Below are positions 45,937 through 55,089 of a DNA stretch of 64,000 nucleotides, one piece after another. The stretch is taken from contig VXWG01000010.1 in assembly GCA_009836005.1 (NCBI GenBank), positions 1,879 through 65,878 of the forward strand. Direction: 5' to 3'. Each line of letters starts with the position of its first letter. The first letter of the stretch is position 1. The position numbers and the translations under genes are program-made. Below the pieces are notes generated by a model, which saw only the letters and a program-made list of their open reading frames with translations, was not told the origin of the DNA and did no database searches. Source of the stretch: Candidatus Palauibacter irciniicola (GTDB taxonomy: Bacteria > Gemmatimonadota > Gemmatimonadetes > Palauibacterales > Palauibacteraceae).

Positions 45937-47406
45937 CTACCGGGGGAGGGGGCGGGTCAGCTTGATGAAGAGCAGGTTCCGGACCCGGCCGCCGCCTACG
46001 CGCATCGCCGGGACGGAGCCGTCCGGCGCGCGTTCGAAGCGCACCTCGCGCATGAACCAGCGGTCCGTGGCGAATTCGTCGCGGGCGCGCGGCTCGAGGG
46101 CGATGTCGCCGTGCCGTATGTGGCGCGCGACGAGTCCTTCGTCCGTCGCCTCCAGGTGATATAGCGCGTCGACTTCAGGGCTGTAGTAGCTGCCCGCGTA
46201 CGCGGCCAGCGTCGCCCGGTCGGGGGTCGGCAACGGGACGGAATCGGCGGCCGGAGACGGCGCATCCTCTTCCTCCTCCGGAGCCGCCTCGGGGAAGACC
46301 TCGGCGAGGACGACTTCCGCCACCTGCCGCGCCCGGCCGCCCGGGTTGCCGTTGGCGACGTTCGAGAGGACGACGACCCCGACGTTCGCCTCGGGATACC
46401 AAATCGCCTGCGTCCGGAACCCCGCGTCGGCGCCCCCGTGCCCCACCGTGCGCAGGCCCCGGTGGTCGCCGATGCTGAGGCCGTGCGCGTAGGGGATCGT
46501 ATCGCCGCTGTTCAGGACCCCGCGCCTCGTCATCATCTCCATCACCTCCGGCCCGCCGACCGTCTCGTGCCGGAAGTTGTCGAGCCAGCGGGCGAGGTCG
46601 TCCGCCGTCGTGAAGAGGCTCGTCGCCCCCGCGTTCGCGTAGCTGAGGACCGCCTTCGTGTACTCCGCGCCGTCTTCGTCCCTGGGCGCGGGCCGGTAGG
46701 AGTAGGCGCGACCGGGAACGATGTGCTCATGGTCGTCGTGGAAGTGGGTTCGGTCCATGCCGAGCGGCCGGAAGATCCTCGCGGCGGTGAACTCGGGGAA
46801 GGACCTCCCGCTGACCGCCGCCGCCGTCTGCCCCAGGAGCGTGTAGCCCATGTTGGAGTAGAGGTACTCCGAGCCGGGCACGAAGTTGAGTTCCCGCTGG
46901 CGCGACATGAGGCCGAGGATCTGCTCGGTCGTGATCACGTCGTCGAGGCGCCAGCCGGAGATCCCGAGAAGCTGCCACTGGTCCCGGATCCCGCTCGTGT
47001 GGTGGATCATCTGGCGGACGGTGACCGGGTGCTCGAACTCGGGGACGAACCCGAGGTGCGCCTGCACGCGGTCGTCCAGCGAGAGCGCCCCCTCGGCCGC
47101 GAGCATCGTCACCGCCATGGCCGTGAACTGCTTCGACACGGAGGCAACGTGGAAGACCGTACTGGGGGTGACGGGGACGCCATGCTCGATCTGCGCGTAG
47201 CCGTAGCCGCGCGAGTGAATGATCTCGCCGTCGCGGATGACCGAGACGGCGGCGCCCGGCGAGCCCGGGCGGTCCAGGTCGGCGAACACGGCGTCGATCC
47301 CGCGCGCGAGGTCGGAAGACGGAGCCGGATCTCCGGCGCCTCCGCACCCGGCGAGCAGGGCGACGGCGACGAGCGGGAGGAAGGCGGCGGGGGCTACCGG
47401 ACGCAT
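45937..47406 (-). CDS. Serine hydrolase, beta-lactamase class C/AmpC-like lipoprotein
   Basis: LLAGC lipobox, ASVSKQF (SxxK), YSN, HGG. Confidence 0.9.
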   Translation of the reverse strand: MRPVAPAAFLPLVAVALLAGCGGAGDPAPSSDLARGIDAVFADLDRPGSPGAAVSVIRDGEIIHSRGYGYAQIEHGVPVTPSTVFHVASVSKQFTAMAVTMLAAEGALSLDDRVQAHLGFVPEFEHPVTVRQMIHHTSGIRDQWQLLGISGWRLDDVITTEQILGLMSRQRELNFVPGSEYLYSNMGYTLLGQTAAAVSGRSFPEFTAARIFRPLGMDRTHFHDDHEHIVPGRAYSYRPAPRDEDGAEYTKAVLSYANAGATSLFTTADDLARWLDNFRHETVGGPEVMEMMTRRGVLNSGDTIPYAHGLSIGDHRGLRTVGHGGADAGFRTQAIWYPEANVGVVVLSNVANGNPGGRARQVAEVVLAEVFPEAAPEEEEDAPSPAADSVPLPTPDRATLAAYAGSYYSPEVDALYHLEATDEGLVARHIRHGDIALEPRARDEFATDRWFMREVRFERAPDGSVPAMRVGGGRVRNLLFIKLTRPLPR

Positions 47407-47422
47407 GCGGGTGGCCGTGCGA

Positions 47423-47992
47423 TCAGGGATCGTGGAGTTCGACCAGCATCTCGATCTCGACCGACTGGTCGCGCGGAAGCGACGCCATCCCCACGGCCGC
47501 GCGGGCGTGCTTCGAGATCGCGGGGCCGAACACCTGCTCCATGAGGTCGGAGCAGCCGTTGATGACCTGCGAGTGCTGCGTGAAGTCGGGAGGCGTGTTC
47601 ACCATCCCGAATACGCGCACGATGCGCTTCACGCGGGAGAGGTCGCCGATTTCCCGCGCGAGCGACGCGAGGAGGCAGACGCCGACCCAGCGGGCGATCT
47701 CGTAGCCTTCCTCGACGGTGTGATCGAGACCGACCTTCCCCGTGTTGCTCTCGTCGAGGCCGCCGCAGGGACCGTGACCGGCGAGGAAGACGAGATTCCC
47801 GGTCGTCACGGCCTTCACGAAGTTGGCGGTCGGCGCATCCGGAGTCGGGAGTTCGATCCCGAGTTCCGCGAGGCGCTCTTCCGGAGTCTGGGCGGCGGCT
47901 CCGCTGGCCAGGGGCAGGAGGACGAAGAATCCCGCGAGCACGCCGACGACGGGGCGCGGCGCGTGCCCGGATCGCGACGAGGGCGAAGTCAT
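47423..47992 (-). CDS. RidA/YjgF family protein with N-terminal signal peptide
   Basis: EERLAELGIELP, GNLVFLAGH, GKVG, VINGCSDL, HARAAVGMASLP, VEIE. ATG overlaps the upstream stop. Confidence 0.85.
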   Translation of the reverse strand: MTSPSSRSGHAPRPVVGVLAGFFVLLPLASGAAAQTPEERLAELGIELPTPDAPTANFVKAVTTGNLVFLAGHGPCGGLDESNTGKVGLDHTVEEGYEIARWVGVCLLASLAREIGDLSRVKRIVRVFGMVNTPPDFTQHSQVINGCSDLMEQVFGPAISKHARAAVGMASLPRDQSVEIEMLVELHDP

Positions 47993-48513
47993 GCGGTCCC
48001 CGCCGGATCGCGCCGCCGGGAGACGATCGCCTCGGGGGTCTCGCCGGTGCGGATCGCTTCGGCCGCGATGTCCACAGCCTCGAAGATCTTCGTATAGCCC
48101 GTGCAGCGGCAGAGATTGCCGGAGAGCGCCCGCGCGACGTCCTCGCGAGCGGGGTCCGGATCGCGGGCCAGCAGTCCGTGGGCCGAGCAGAGGATGCCCG
48201 GTGTGCAGAAGCCGCATTGCGCCCCTCCCGTGAGATCGAAGGCGTCCTGGAGCGGGTGGGGGCCGGACGCGTCCGCGAGCCCTTCGACGGTCGTGATCTC
48301 GTGACCCGTGGCCTCGTGCACCGGCATGATGCAGGAGAGCACCGCCTCGCCATCGCGGAGCACCGTGCACGCCCCGCAGTCCCCCTTGTCGCACCCCTGC
48401 TTCGATCCGGTGAGGCCCAGCGCGTAGCGGAGGGTCTCGAGGAGGGTGTAGTGGGACGGTACTCCGACCCGGCGCCGGTCTCCGTTTACCCGCAGTTCCA
48501 CCACCTTGTGCAT
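47989..48513 (-). CDS. (2Fe-2S)-binding small subunit of a xanthine-dehydrogenase-family enzyme (CoxS/HcrC-like)
   Basis: GSKQGCDKGDCGACTV, SC, QCGFCTPG, GNLCRCTGY. Confidence 0.92.
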   Translation of the reverse strand: MHKVVELRVNGDRRRVGVPSHYTLLETLRYALGLTGSKQGCDKGDCGACTVLRDGEAVLSCIMPVHEATGHEITTVEGLADASGPHPLQDAFDLTGGAQCGFCTPGILCSAHGLLARDPDPAREDVARALSGNLCRCTGYTKIFEAVDIAAEAIRTGETPEAIVSRRRDPAGTA

Positions 48514-48673
48514 GATGACCAAGTTGTTCGGGGCGCTCACGGGCGGCAACCGAAATCGGGCGGCCGACGAGGTTCGCGAGCGCGGTCCGGGTGCGCATCG
48601 TGTGACGAAAGCCCCATGTTCAACCGTCTGGAGAGAGTCCGCCCGTGTATACCGCCACATGAGGGAACGCACG

Positions 48674-50260
48674 ATGCATCGCCCGCTTCGACGAACTCTG
48701 CTTTCGCTCCTGCTCTCCGCTTCGGGAGTGTACGCGCTCGCCCCCGAAGCCGCGTGGGCGCAGGAGGTCCCGGTGGACCGATGGCTGGTCACGGGCGCGG
48801 AGCACGTAGCGGGCGACCACCCGCTTCCCGTGGCCGGGCCGGACCGGTTCCCGGACCGGAACCTCGAAACCGCCGCGGGCACGTGGTCGCTCTTTCGCCG
48901 CGACGGACAGGCGACGCTGGATTTCTCGGAGTTCTCGGAAGGCGGACAGGCGACGCTCGCCCACGTGTACCTGAAGTCACCGGCGGACGCGAGCGTGCGG
49001 CTCGAACTGGGCGTCGAGCCCTGCACGCGGATCGAGGCGTGGCTGAACGCGCAGTCCATCGCGGACTCCGGAACCGCGCACGAAGTGCGGCTGGCGGCGG
49101 GTTGGAACACGCTCCTCGTCGTGCTCGACGGCGAACCCGGATGTGAGCGCACCCTCTCCGCGCGGCTCTCCCCGGACACGGGTCCGAACGTGCGGGCGCG
49201 CCGCGACGACCGCTCCGGCGACCGGTTGACCGTGCAGGCCTCCCGACCTCCCGGCGTGCGGCCGGCCTGGCCCGCGGGCGTCGTGACGGTCTCCACCCCC
49301 CGCATCGCGGGGCTCGCCTGGCGCCCGGACGACGACGATCTGCAGGCCGCCATCCGCTACGAACTCGCGAGCTGGGGTCGCGAATTCGCAGCCGGCATGG
49401 ACGGCGCCGGCGCTCCGGGGATCCAGCGTCCGCTGGTCGGATTCCGGAACCCCTTCGACCTTCCCCCCCGGAGCGGCGGCGCCCCGGGCGAAGCGGGCGA
49501 GGCGGGTGAGGGAGATGACGAGACCGGTCCCACCGACCCGGAGGGAATGCGGGCGCGGATGGTCGCGCAGCTGCTGGGCCGGCCGGAGCCCCGCGCCCCG
49601 GCGCCGAGACAGGGCTCCGCGGAGCTGCGTCTCGCGGACGAGTCGTTCGTCGCCGCGTCCAGCGACCTCGAGCCGGGCGTGCCCGTCTCCTTCGAGGGCG
49701 TTCTCCCCTTCCGGAAGCTCCGTGAGGCCGCGCTGCGCGACGACGGCATGAAGGGCGAGTTCCGATGGGACGGTGGAGACGGAGAGGGCGAGGGGCGCAT
49801 GCCGGCGGCGCCGGTGCTGAGGGCGCTCCACGGCGCGCTGGATCTGGCGCTCGAGGCCGGGACGGACGGCGTGTGGCGCGGCAGGTTGCGGGTTCCGGAC
49901 GTCCTCGCCGGCTTCACGCTCCGAGGTGAGGAGGGATCGTGGACCGTCGACGGATCCACGGTGGAGGACCGCCTGCTGTGCGACCCGTGCGAGCGCGGCC
50001 GCCGGCTGGAAGTCGAGTTCCGCGGGACCGCCGGCACCGATTCGCAGCCGCCGCGGGCGCGCATCGAGGGCCTCGGGTTCCCGGACCTGCCCGAAACCGG
50101 CGCGCCCTCGGCGGTCGAGTTGCTGCGGGCGCTGGAAGGGGATAACCGCCGTTACCGCGCTCTCATCGAGCGTCCGTCGCCGGATCCTCCCCTTCCGTCT
50201 GCTCAGTCGGTTCGGCCGAATCGACCGTCGGCGCGGGCTCCGTCGTCGGCGGGGCGATGA
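48674..50260 (+). CDS. Exported hypothetical protein with a PA14/galactose-binding-like N-terminal region
   Basis: Signal peptide ending AWA-Q. AHVYLKSP...EAWLN...VRLAAGWNTLLV pattern. SD GAGGG. 3' end overlaps the tat gene. Confidence 0.6.
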   Translation: MHRPLRRTLLSLLLSASGVYALAPEAAWAQEVPVDRWLVTGAEHVAGDHPLPVAGPDRFPDRNLETAAGTWSLFRRDGQATLDFSEFSEGGQATLAHVYLKSPADASVRLELGVEPCTRIEAWLNAQSIADSGTAHEVRLAAGWNTLLVVLDGEPGCERTLSARLSPDTGPNVRARRDDRSGDRLTVQASRPPGVRPAWPAGVVTVSTPRIAGLAWRPDDDDLQAAIRYELASWGREFAAGMDGAGAPGIQRPLVGFRNPFDLPPRSGGAPGEAGEAGEGDDETGPTDPEGMRARMVAQLLGRPEPRAPAPRQGSAELRLADESFVAASSDLEPGVPVSFEGVLPFRKLREAALRDDGMKGEFRWDGGDGEGEGRMPAAPVLRALHGALDLALEAGTDGVWRGRLRVPDVLAGFTLRGEEGSWTVDGSTVEDRLLCDPCERGRRLEVEFRGTAGTDSQPPRARIEGLGFPDLPETGAPSAVELLRALEGDNRRYRALIERPSPDPPLPSAQSVRPNRPSARAPSSAGR

Positions 50261-50732
50261 CGGGCTCCGAGGGGGGGTTGGGGCCGAACGTCGGACGCGA
50301 GGAATCCGTGGACCAGGGATCGATGAACTCCTGAGCCGGATCCACCTCATCGCGCGGCGTGGGCGGCTCCTGTTCCTCGACGACCGGATCCGCAACCGCT
50401 TCGGGGGCGTCTTCTTCGTCCCCTGTCTCGTCCGCGTCGGCGGTGGACGCTCCGGCGGCCGCGGCGGTTCCGGCCGCAGTGGCGGTCGCGGTTCCGGCGA
50501 TCGTCGCGCGGCTCGCGGTCGGCGGTTTCGGAGGGGCGGGCGGCGACTTCCATTGCGTCTCCCGCCCGGCGGCCTCGAGTTCGCGCTGGATCTCGTTCAT
50601 CCCCTTCCGGAACTCGCGGATCCCCTTGCCGATGGTGCGGGTGATCTCCGGGAGGCGGCGGGGCCCGAACACGATGAGCACGAGCATCGCAATGAGGAGG
50701 ATCTCGCCGATTCCGAACCCGGTCATATTCAT
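50163..50732 (-). CDS. Twin-arginine translocase TatA/TatB family subunit
   Basis: GIGEILLIAMLVLIVFGPRRLPE plus amphipathic helix. The Glu in the TM and long acidic tail favour TatB. Start 50732 or 50726. Confidence 0.85.
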   Translation of the reverse strand: MNMTGFGIGEILLIAMLVLIVFGPRRLPEITRTIGKGIREFRKGMNEIQRELEAAGRETQWKSPPAPPKPPTASRATIAGTATATAAGTAAAAGASTADADETGDEEDAPEAVADPVVEEQEPPTPRDEVDPAQEFIDPWSTDSSRPTFGPNPPSEPVIAPPTTEPAPTVDSAEPTEQTEGEDPATDAR

Positions 50733-50765
50733 GACGGTGCGATCAACCGGCCGTCCGGGGCGAAC

Positions 50766-51314
50766 TCAGGGCGTCAGCGCCTGCAGCACGTCCTCGCCAT
50801 AGAACATGCCGATGTACCGCGCCTGCACCGGCGTGACCCGGCGGACGGCCCAGATCAACTCGACGTGGTTGGGTTCGCGGGGTTCCACCGGGAGCGAGAA
50901 CCCGCATTCGGCCAGCAGACGGTCCGCCTTCTTCAGGTTGCACTTGCTGCAGGCCGTGACCACGTTCGACCACCCGTTGTCTCCGCCACGCGAGATCGGA
51001 GTCACGTGATCGCGGGTGAGCGACTCGCGATATCCCAGCTCCCGCCGGTGACGGCCGCAGTACTGACAGCGATAGGCGTCGCGCGCGAACAGGAAGGTGT
51101 TCGTGACCTGGCGGCGGAAACGGCGGGGGATCTGGATGAACCGGACGAGGCGGATGACGACGGGCGTATCCATCCGTACGCGCTCGGATCGGATGGGACG
51201 TGCCGAATCCACCTCCAGCGCGTCGGCCTTCCGGTCGATGAGCAGGCGAACGGCGCGCCGGACCGGAATGATCGTCAACGGCTCGTATGAAGCGTTCAGG
51301 GCCAGACAGCCCAT
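50766..51314 (-). CDS. HNH endonuclease (McrA-like)
   Basis: LALNASYEPL, RDAYRCQYCG, TRDHVTPISRGG, WSNVVTACSKCN. Confidence 0.9.
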   Translation of the reverse strand: MGCLALNASYEPLTIIPVRRAVRLLIDRKADALEVDSARPIRSERVRMDTPVVIRLVRFIQIPRRFRRQVTNTFLFARDAYRCQYCGRHRRELGYRESLTRDHVTPISRGGDNGWSNVVTACSKCNLKKADRLLAECGFSLPVEPREPNHVELIWAVRRVTPVQARYIGMFYGEDVLQALTP

Positions 51315-51365
51315 GAGCGACCCCCCATTGGATGCGGTGCGGAAAACAAGCAATCCGGCTGCGAC

Positions 51366-53696
51366 GTGTCAAGCGAAGGCCCCCGCGTGACGGCGCCGCG
51401 GGAGGCGGGCTCCGGCGGCGTGTGCGAGGTCGCCGTCGCGCGGACGTTCCTCGGCACGCTCGCGTACTCGATCCCCGCCTCGCTCGTCGGCGCCGTGGAG
51501 CCGGGCATGCGCGTTCGCGTCCCGCTCGGCGGCGGGACGGCGGTCGGCATCGTGGACCGCCTCGGGCTGAGGGCCGACCGGGGACGTAAACCGCGATTGC
51601 GGGAACTGCGTGGCGTCCTCGACGAAGCGCCGCTGATCGACCCGCCTCTCCTCGATCTCTGCCGCTGGATCTCGGACTACTACGTGGCGCCCCTCGGCGT
51701 GGTCCTGAGAGCGGCCCTCCCCCCGGGGGCGCTCGGGTCCCGGGCCGGCGGGGGCGGGAGTCCCGGAAGACCGCGCACCGAACGCGTGCTGCGGCTCGTG
51801 CGCGAACTGCGAACGCTGAGCGAACGCGACCTCGCCTTCGGGCGGGCCAGGCGGCAGCGCGAGTTGTACGAGACGCTCGAATCGGTCGGCGGGCAGGCGA
51901 GCGTCGGGCACCTGGTGAAGCAACTCGGCTTCAGCCGGGGCGTGCTCGACGGACTCGTGGAGCGGCGGCTGGCGGAGTTCTTCGAGCGCGAGGTGGAGCG
52001 GGATCCGTTCGCCGGCCCCGTCGAGCCGGAGGCCCGGTTCACGCTGACGCCGGACCAGGCTCGCGTCGTGGGCGACCTCGAGCGCCTCGACGCGCCGGGG
52101 CGCGTCGCGCTCCTGCGCGGCGTGACGGGCTCGGGCAAGACCGCCGTCTACCTCGAGGTGCTGGAGCGTCTACTCGCACTGGGCCGCTCCGGCATCGTCC
52201 TCGTGCCCGAGATCGCGCTCACCCCCCAGACGGTGCAGCGCTTCCGGGCCCGCTTCGGCGACGAGGTCACGGTGCTGCATTCGGGGCTCTCGACCGGGGA
52301 ACGTTTCGACGCCTGGCGAAGCCTCCGCGAGGGAAGGAAGCGGATCGCGATCGGCCCGCGGTCGGCCGTGTTCGCGCCGGTCCGGAATCTGGGCGCGATC
52401 ATCGTCGACGAAGAGCACGAGAGCAGCTACAAGCAGTCGGACGTCCCGCGCTACCACGCCCGTTCCGTCGCGATCCTGCGCGCGCGCCTGGAAGGGGCTC
52501 TGTGTGTGCTCGGGTCCGCGACGCCGGCCCTCGAGAGCTGGGAGAATGCGCGGACCGGGCGCTACCGCCTGCTCGAACTCGACGAACGGGTGACGGGCCA
52601 CGGGCTCCCTGCGGTGGAACTCGTCGACCTGCGCGCCGATGCCGGCGAGGGTCCGGGGGGGGACGCGGAGGACCCCCCTCCGGGCGGCGGACCGCGAGTC
52701 TTCTCCAAACGGTTGCGGGAGGCGATCGCCACGCGTCTGGAACGGGGCGAGCAGACGATCCTCTTCCTCAACCGCCGCGGATACGCCTCCTTCGCGGAGT
52801 GCGCGGCCTGCGGTCACGTGTGGAGTTGCGACGCCTGTTCCGTGACCCTGACGTATCATCGCCGGCGCAGGCAACTCGTGTGTCATCACTGCGGCGCGAC
52901 GAGCCCGCCACCGTCTGGGTGCGGCGAGTGCGGCGGCCCGGCGCCGCGCTACGCCGGCATCGGCACCGAACAGGTCGAACGCCGCGTGGGCGAGCTTTTT
53001 CCCGAAGCCGGCATCGCCCGCATGGACCTCGACACCACGGGCTCCAAGTGGGCGCACGTCGAGATTCTGGAGGCGTTCCGCAGGCAGGAGGTCGACATCC
53101 TGCTCGGCACGCAGATGATTGCCAAGGGCCTCGACTTCCCGCAGGTCACGCTCGTGGGAGTGATCAACGCGGATGTCGGTCTCCATCTTCCGGACTTCCG
53201 CGCCAGCGAACGCACCTTCCAACTCCTGGAGCAGGTCGCCGGACGTGCGGGGAGGGGCGAGGAGCCGGGCGAGGTGCTCGTCCAGACCTCGCGCCCGCGG
53301 CACTACGCGCTCGCCGCGGCCGCGGAGCACGACTATGTCGGTTTCGCGGACCGGGAACTCGGGGACCGGGAGGAACCGGGCTATCCGCCGCACCGCCGGC
53401 TCGCGAACCTCGTCATCTCCGGGAAGACGGAGTCCCGCGTGATCGACGTCGCCGAAGAACTGTCCGAGTGGACGCGGCGGCTGATTCGAGATCGCCGTCT
53501 CGCCGGGATCGAGGTCATCGGACCGGCCCCCTGCCCGATCGACCGACTCCGCGAGCGGTGGAGGTGGCACTTCCTGATCAAGGCGGAGCGCGCCGCGACG
53601 CTCGGCGGCGTCCTGCGCTTTCTCGGAGAGGAGCGGGGCCAGCCCGGTTCGGGCCTCCGCCTCGAGATCGACCGCGATCCCGAGGCGCTGCTGTGA
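51366..53696 (+). CDS. priA: Primosomal protein N' (replication restart helicase)
   Basis: GVTGSGKT, LVPEIALTPQ, DEEH, SATP, LNRRG, four CxxC pairs, GTQMIAKGLDF, QVAGRAGR. Exact start uncertain. Confidence 0.96.
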   Translation: MSSEGPRVTAPREAGSGGVCEVAVARTFLGTLAYSIPASLVGAVEPGMRVRVPLGGGTAVGIVDRLGLRADRGRKPRLRELRGVLDEAPLIDPPLLDLCRWISDYYVAPLGVVLRAALPPGALGSRAGGGGSPGRPRTERVLRLVRELRTLSERDLAFGRARRQRELYETLESVGGQASVGHLVKQLGFSRGVLDGLVERRLAEFFEREVERDPFAGPVEPEARFTLTPDQARVVGDLERLDAPGRVALLRGVTGSGKTAVYLEVLERLLALGRSGIVLVPEIALTPQTVQRFRARFGDEVTVLHSGLSTGERFDAWRSLREGRKRIAIGPRSAVFAPVRNLGAIIVDEEHESSYKQSDVPRYHARSVAILRARLEGALCVLGSATPALESWENARTGRYRLLELDERVTGHGLPAVELVDLRADAGEGPGGDAEDPPPGGGPRVFSKRLREAIATRLERGEQTILFLNRRGYASFAECAACGHVWSCDACSVTLTYHRRRRQLVCHHCGATSPPPSGCGECGGPAPRYAGIGTEQVERRVGELFPEAGIARMDLDTTGSKWAHVEILEAFRRQEVDILLGTQMIAKGLDFPQVTLVGVINADVGLHLPDFRASERTFQLLEQVAGRAGRGEEPGEVLVQTSRPRHYALAAAAEHDYVGFADRELGDREEPGYPPHRRLANLVISGKTESRVIDVAEELSEWTRRLIRDRRLAGIEVIGPAPCPIDRLRERWRWHFLIKAERAATLGGVLRFLGEERGQPGSGLRLEIDRDPEALL

Positions 53697-53802
53697 CGGG
53701 GCCATCGAGCTTCCCGCTTCGCTTGTTGGGAGGATCGCGCTCCGTCAGGTTGTGCCTCGGGTTCCAGCCCGTTGTCCGTCGGTGCGAAGCGAGGGAGAGG
53801 GA

Positions 53803-55089
53803 ATGAGTCGTCACGTTCGGGGCCGTCCGTTTTACCGCGGGCCGTGGGTCGTCATGGCGATCGGGATCGCGGCGGCGGCCTGCGGGGGGCCATCGCTGCC
53901 TCCGATCGCTTCGGCCGAGGCGGCGGCCGCGTTCGAGGCGTGCCGCGAGTTGGCGTGGGAGGAGAAGCAGGGGTGCTATGAGGCACGGCTTCTCGACGAG
54001 CTCGGCGCGGCCGGGGCGGGCGCGGCGCTGGAGATGCTCGAGTCGCTGGCCGCCGCGGACAGGACAGCTCAGGCACAGGCCCACGTCCTCACTCATGCGA
54101 TCGGCATCAATGCCTACGGGCCTGGAGAGACCTTCACCGATGTCTTCGAGGAGTGCACGGAGGTCTTCCAGTCCGGGTGCTACCACGGCGTCGTCCAGGC
54201 CTATTTCATCGCGATGGGCGAACCGAACGCGGAGATGGTCGCCGGGCTCTGCGCGCCCTATGAAGCGGACCCCGCCGACCGCTGGCTGCTCTTCCAGTGC
54301 CTGCACGGGCTCGGACACGGTCTCACGATGTACTACGGCCACCACCTTCTCATGGCGCTCGAGGGCTGCGACCTGCTGACGACCGGATGGAACCGGAACT
54401 CCTGCTACGGCGGGGCGTTCATGGAGAACGTGGTCAACGCGGTCGCGCCTCATCATCCGGCCGCCGCACTGGTGTCCGACGGGACCGCCGCGGAGGACGG
54501 AGCGGGCGAAGGGGCCGAGGCCCCGGACCACGGCGCGGGCGCGCACGTCCACGGGGCGATGGCGATGGCGGACCCCGTCGAACCCTTCGAGCCGCTGCGC
54601 GCCGACGACCCGCACTATCCCTGCTCGATTCTGGACGAGAAGTACCTGACCTCCTGTTACCAGATGCAGACTTCCGCCATGCTCTGGCACAACGACGGAG
54701 ACATCGGGGACGCGGCCGCCGCCTGTGTCAATGCGCCCGACGCCTGGCGAGACGACTGCTTCGTGAGCCTCGGCCGCGACATCAGCGGCCGCACGCTGCA
54801 GGACGAGGACGATGCGCGCCGCGAGTGCCGGAAGTCGCCGGAGGAGTACCGCGAGTGGTGCTACGTGGGTGTCGTCAGAAACTTCGTGGACGTCACCGCG
54901 ACGACCGAAGCCGGATTCTCCTTCTGCCACACCATCGAAGACCGGGCCAAGCGCCAGTGTCACGAAGCGATGGGAGAGGCGCTGTACTCGCTCTACGCGG
55001 ACGAGGCCGCGCGGCGCGAGGCGTGCGAGGCCTCGGAAACGGAGGAACTCGCGCTCGCCTGTCGGCGCGGCGCCCTGGTGACTGGCTAG
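53803..55089 (+). CDS. Cys/His-rich repeat lipoprotein of unknown function
   Basis: AAAC lipobox. Repeated helical units with GCYHG, QCLHGLGHG, SCYGGAFMEN, CFVSLGR and CHEAMG. His-rich linker. SD GAGG. Confidence 0.75.
   Translation: MSRHVRGRPFYRGPWVVMAIGIAAAACGGPSLPPIASAEAAAAFEACRELAWEEKQGCYEARLLDELGAAGAGAALEMLESLAAADRTAQAQAHVLTHAIGINAYGPGETFTDVFEECTEVFQSGCYHGVVQAYFIAMGEPNAEMVAGLCAPYEADPADRWLLFQCLHGLGHGLTMYYGHHLLMALEGCDLLTTGWNRNSCYGGAFMENVVNAVAPHHPAAALVSDGTAAEDGAGEGAEAPDHGAGAHVHGAMAMADPVEPFEPLRADDPHYPCSILDEKYLTSCYQMQTSAMLWHNDGDIGDAAAACVNAPDAWRDDCFVSLGRDISGRTLQDEDDARRECRKSPEEYREWCYVGVVRNFVDVTATTEAGFSFCHTIEDRAKRQCHEAMGEALYSLYADEAARREACEASETEELALACRRGALVTG

Noticed and set aside
50766-51314. 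HNH gene as a defence or homing element
   Set aside because: Common standalone LNASYEPL-type HNH among housekeeping genes, with no methylase, intron or mobile context.
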